Shown here: one piece after another, positions 60,508 to 64,000 of the stretch
How positions within the stretch are numbered: position 1 is the first letter of the stretch
Layout: each line of letters opens with the position of its first letter
Assembly (NCBI GenBank): GCA_049999805.1
Contig: JBNGIO010006370.1
Location: 249,212 to 313,211 of the forward strand
Direction of reading: 5' to 3'
Origin: Folioceros fuciformis
Taxonomy: Eukaryota
Length of the DNA stretch: 64,000 nucleotides
Made by a program: the position numbers and the translations under genes
The notes under the pieces: generated by a model
Told to the model about the DNA's origin: nothing
Database searches by the model: none
The model's input: the letters and a program-made list of their open reading frames with translations, nothing else

Positions 60508-60815
60508 CGGGTAACTTATCAGAGCTCTGATCGGCGGACGCTTGAGGACCCCACCCGGACGCGGTATCAGTAAGACAATTAACATAGAGATGTTGCTCAC
60601 TAAACCACACTACCTATAAAGGCGGAACATCATAAATACGCAGATACATGGGAAGTTACAATAAAGTATGAGAAAGGCGTCGTATACTGCAATACTATAA
60701 TTCCAAAAATGTTAAAAGTATTTTAAAAAAGAAATAAATTATATATAATATATTAGAGTCCATTGTGTCACAGTGGATACGATGTTAGTGAGTTGTGTTC
60801 AGTTTCCTTGTTTAG

Positions 60816-62815
60816 CTACCCTTTGTGTCTAATGGTGGCAGCTAGGATGCTTACACCATCAGATCTGTCCTGAAGTCCAGCTGATTCCAGGTGCGGAACA
60901 TACCCTTGATTCTTGATTCTGGGTACAAGGTGTTGCAGAAGTGCATATATTGCGTCACTCTCGTCGTGGGTTTTATCACCGACCAGAAAGGTGTGCACCT
61001 GTCCATGGATGTCTGTCCACCAGCTCTGGCCTGGCTCCTTCCATGCCCCAATGCCTATTCTCCTGGCCTGCATCTCCACTGCCTGCTCCCACATGTGAAC
61101 ACTGGTGTACAAGTTTGACATCAATACGTATGGAGAAGCATCTGTTTCATCTAGCTTTACTGCTTCATCAAATGCATGGCGTCCCACCACCACGTTGCCC
61201 CACTTCCGGAAGGCGCTTAACAGAGTGTGCCAAACTGCAGCATGGGGGTCTACAGGCATGGTCCTCACAACTGCCAGTGCTTCGTCCAGATGGCCAGCAC
61301 GACCCAGAAGATCCACCATGCAGACGTAATGCTTTGTGGTGCGAGGGATGGAGTAGTGTGTGCTCATTGCCTCAAAGTACTCCTGCCCCTGTGTTACAAG
61401 GCCCACGTGACTGCATACTGTGAGAACACTGAGGAACGTGATGCCATTTGGCTGCAACCCATCCTCTCTCATTCTGTGGACCAGGTCCAAGACCATGGCA
61501 CTGTTTCCCTGACGAGCGTATCCGGCAATCAGTGCATTCCAGGCGACATCGTCTCTTTTGGGCAAGGCATCGAACACCACCTGTGCATCAAGCAAGCTGC
61601 CAGACTTTGCATACATGTTTATCAAACTGATGGCCACAAACGCATCAGCCTGGAGCCCTTGTTGCACAATCTCAGCATGGAGCTGCTTACCTGGATTCAA
61701 AGCTGCCACATTTGCACATGCTTGCAGGAGGCACACAAATGTAACCGAATTAGGTGACGCACCTCCTCCTTGCTGCATAGCACTGTGAAGGCGGAGAGCT
61801 TCCTGAACCATGCCTTGCTGGGCATATCCCGCGATCATGGCATTCCAAGTCACCACGTCCTTCCGACCCAGTTCATCAAACAGGCTCTGAGCCTCCTCGA
61901 GGCTGCCACATTTTGCATACATGTTGACCAAACTGTTGGCTACAAACATGTTATTATGAAACCCTTGCTCTCTAATCTGTGCATGAAGACGCTTCCCCTT
62001 CTCCAGAGCAGTGAAATCCACACTTGCACATGCTTGCAGGAGGCAGACATATGTCACAGAATTGGGTGCAGCTATGCCTTCATGTCGCATTTCACTGTAA
62101 AAATGAAAGGCTTCCTGACCCATGCCCTGCTGGGAATAGCCTAATATCAAAGAGGTCCAGGTCACCACATTCTTCTCATGAAGCCTGTCAAACACGCTCC
62201 TCGCTTGCTCCAGGCTCCCGCACTTTGCATACATGTCCACCAAACAACTGCAAACAAACACATCTGGGTCACCACCAGCGGCCAGCAAGTCAGCATGGAC
62301 CAACTGCCCAGATCGCAGGTCTGCTGCTCTCGCGCAAGCCTGTAGCGCTGCAACAAACACATGCCCGTCTGGATTCATCCTCGACCTGCGCATCCTGTGA
62401 TACAGCTCTATGGCCTGCACAACCTGCCCATGTCTAACATGGGCAGAAATGATGGACGACCACATGAAGGCATCTGGAGTGGCAACCGAGGTGAACACCG
62501 CCATCGCTTCCTGCAAGGTGGCGTGAGAAGCATACATCCGCAAAATGTGATTGCACAAGAACGTGTCCAAATGATACCCACTTTTCACCATCAGAGCATG
62601 CACACGGCGGCCCAGAACGACATCCTTCCTGAACGAACACTTTTTGAGGACGGTGAAGAGGAGGAGGGATTTGGAAACAGGACGGCCAGCCTGACCTGCA
62701 GCAAACCTTCCAGAGTGTCCAAGGCATCATGGAGCTGTCCCTGCTGACACAGATTGCGCACTGTTGCATCGCTCACTTCGAACTCGTGTCCCGGGCCTCA
62801 GAGTCTCCGTGCCAT
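60816..62815 (-). pseudogene. PLS-class PPR with WW-type C-terminus and truncated DYW; 5' end disrupted
   Basis: The 595-aa ORF 60816..62603 has PLS repeats and KEPGQSWWTDIHGQVHTF. The upstream part (ATG 62815, LCQQGQLHDALDTL) contains TGA at 62798-62800 and a frameshift near 62690-62698. Confidence 0.7.
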
Positions 62816-63469
62816 CCGGCCAGCTAGTCGACGACGAGTAATTCGCCACACGTTGCCAGTGTCCGTATCCCACAAACGACTATGGCAACCCACGCTCTTG
62901 TGGGATCCGAGTACAAAGAAATGCCCTCCACAGGAGCCCTCTTACAAGCTCTACACCACGCATGACACCAGCCAGTCATGTGTGCCCTCTCGAGGGCTTC
63001 ACTCGTTGGATGTGCCCTCCACAATCGGTAACCTGAATCCTCTGCTAAAGAGGACAAGCACTTGCAGTCTCCAGGGGCCAGCAAAATACTAGCAACTGCC
63101 CAAAATCATGCACGCCATTCGTCATGAGGAATCGAAACTTGGATGCAGGTTTCCTGTGGACATGTGAAGAAACACACACGGCAGATGGCAAAACTGCCAC
63201 CTGAGTAGCACAAAGATGACAATATCACAGTTTCAAGAGAAGCCGAGGGAGAATGGTGCGACATGCTCCTGGAGCCACACCCAAGGGACGCGACTGTCCC
63301 AGCAGGAGTCAGGGTGATATACACGTACTTGCAAAAGTGCGTAAATCTGGAGCTCTGGCACAAGAAAGGCTCACATCAACTGTGACACATCCACGATCAC
63401 GACTACCAGGGTTTGCACCTGTAGTGAAATAATCTCTAGGAAGGAAGGGAAAGGAAAGGGCAGAGGAAG

Positions 63470-64000
63470 ATGGTGGATGCCGAAAACCTTGCACCATCAG
63501 CATCAGTATCAGCACCTGCACCTGCACAGACTCCTCCTGACCCGACTCCCGCTCCTCCTATCGATTCCTCGCCTCAGCCTTCAAGAAGCTCAACGCTGCA
63601 CCGGGTGGTGTCCTTCTCCCAAGCCCCGAAACCATCCGACGGAAGCCAGGATGAGGTAGTGCGACTGAGACGAGAACTTGCTTCCTTGAAGCAGGAGACT
63701 TCAAAAGCGCAAGAGCATGTGGCCGGGTTGCAGCAGAAAATAGACGACAGGATCAAGCAGGCGGCGAGCTTAGAACAAAAGATTCGAGATGGCCAAAAGG
63801 AAGTCGACAAGGTGATCCATCAGGTAAAAGAGAAGGACAAGGAGATCGAGAAACTGAAGCTGAAGTTGCGCAAACTCGAAGAGAAAGAGGCCACAGCAGT
63901 CAAGACCAAGGAGGGGTGGGAAACGCGTTCCTTCTTCTCCTCGGACCCGAATCGTCAAAAATGCATGGAATGCGGGAGGCCGAGGGTGTATACGGAGGGA
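63470..64000 (+). CDS. Partial gene: Pro/Ser-rich N-terminus, coiled coil and CxxC motif; runs off the window
   Basis: Open frame from ATG 63470 to the end: MVDAENLAPSASVSAPAPAQTPP...EVVRLRRELASLKQE...KEKDKEIEKLKLKLRKLEEKE...KCMECGRP. Confidence 0.7.
   Translation, partial: MVDAENLAPSASVSAPAPAQTPPDPTPAPPIDSSPQPSRSSTLHRVVSFSQAPKPSDGSQDEVVRLRRELASLKQETSKAQEHVAGLQQKIDDRIKQAASLEQKIRDGQKEVDKVIHQVKEKDKEIEKLKLKLRKLEEKEATAVKTKEGWETRSFFSSDPNRQKCMECGRPRVYTEG

Overview
Gene-dense, intron-containing plant nuclear DNA. Short introns (mostly about 75-150 bp) and KP- and WW-type PPR editing factors suggest a hornwort or other seed-free plant (inference). Contents in order: a decayed Ty1/copia element carrying a nested solo LTR, NUDX8-like Nudix hydrolase, WAPL, a 400-N gap, CCT3, an intronless RING-H2 ORF, a ZIFL-type MFS transporter, EMC7, TAD1/ADAT1, a serine carboxypeptidase-like gene, a PPR-DYW pseudogene, a DYW:KP-type PPR, an intron-containing LptB-like ABC ATPase, an inverted pair of RLE-type non-LTR retrotransposon remnants, an intronless TFIIA-gamma paralogue, DNA ligase 1, a PLS-E+ PPR, mTERF, TrmL, a tandem-repeat array, a GH46 chitosanase, a damaged WW-type PPR and the start of a coiled-coil gene. 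Four observations stand out. (1) EMC7 and TAD1 are head-to-head and their start codons overlap in one palindromic CATG. (2) An actinobacterial-type secreted GH46 chitosanase has a Shine-Dalgarno-like AAGGAGG 8 nt before its ATG. (3) A bacterial LptB-like gene carries six phase-0 spliceosomal introns. (4) The DYW:KP PPR is a candidate U-to-C RNA editing enzyme. Gene models were read by eye, and family calls rest on recalled motifs, not database searches.
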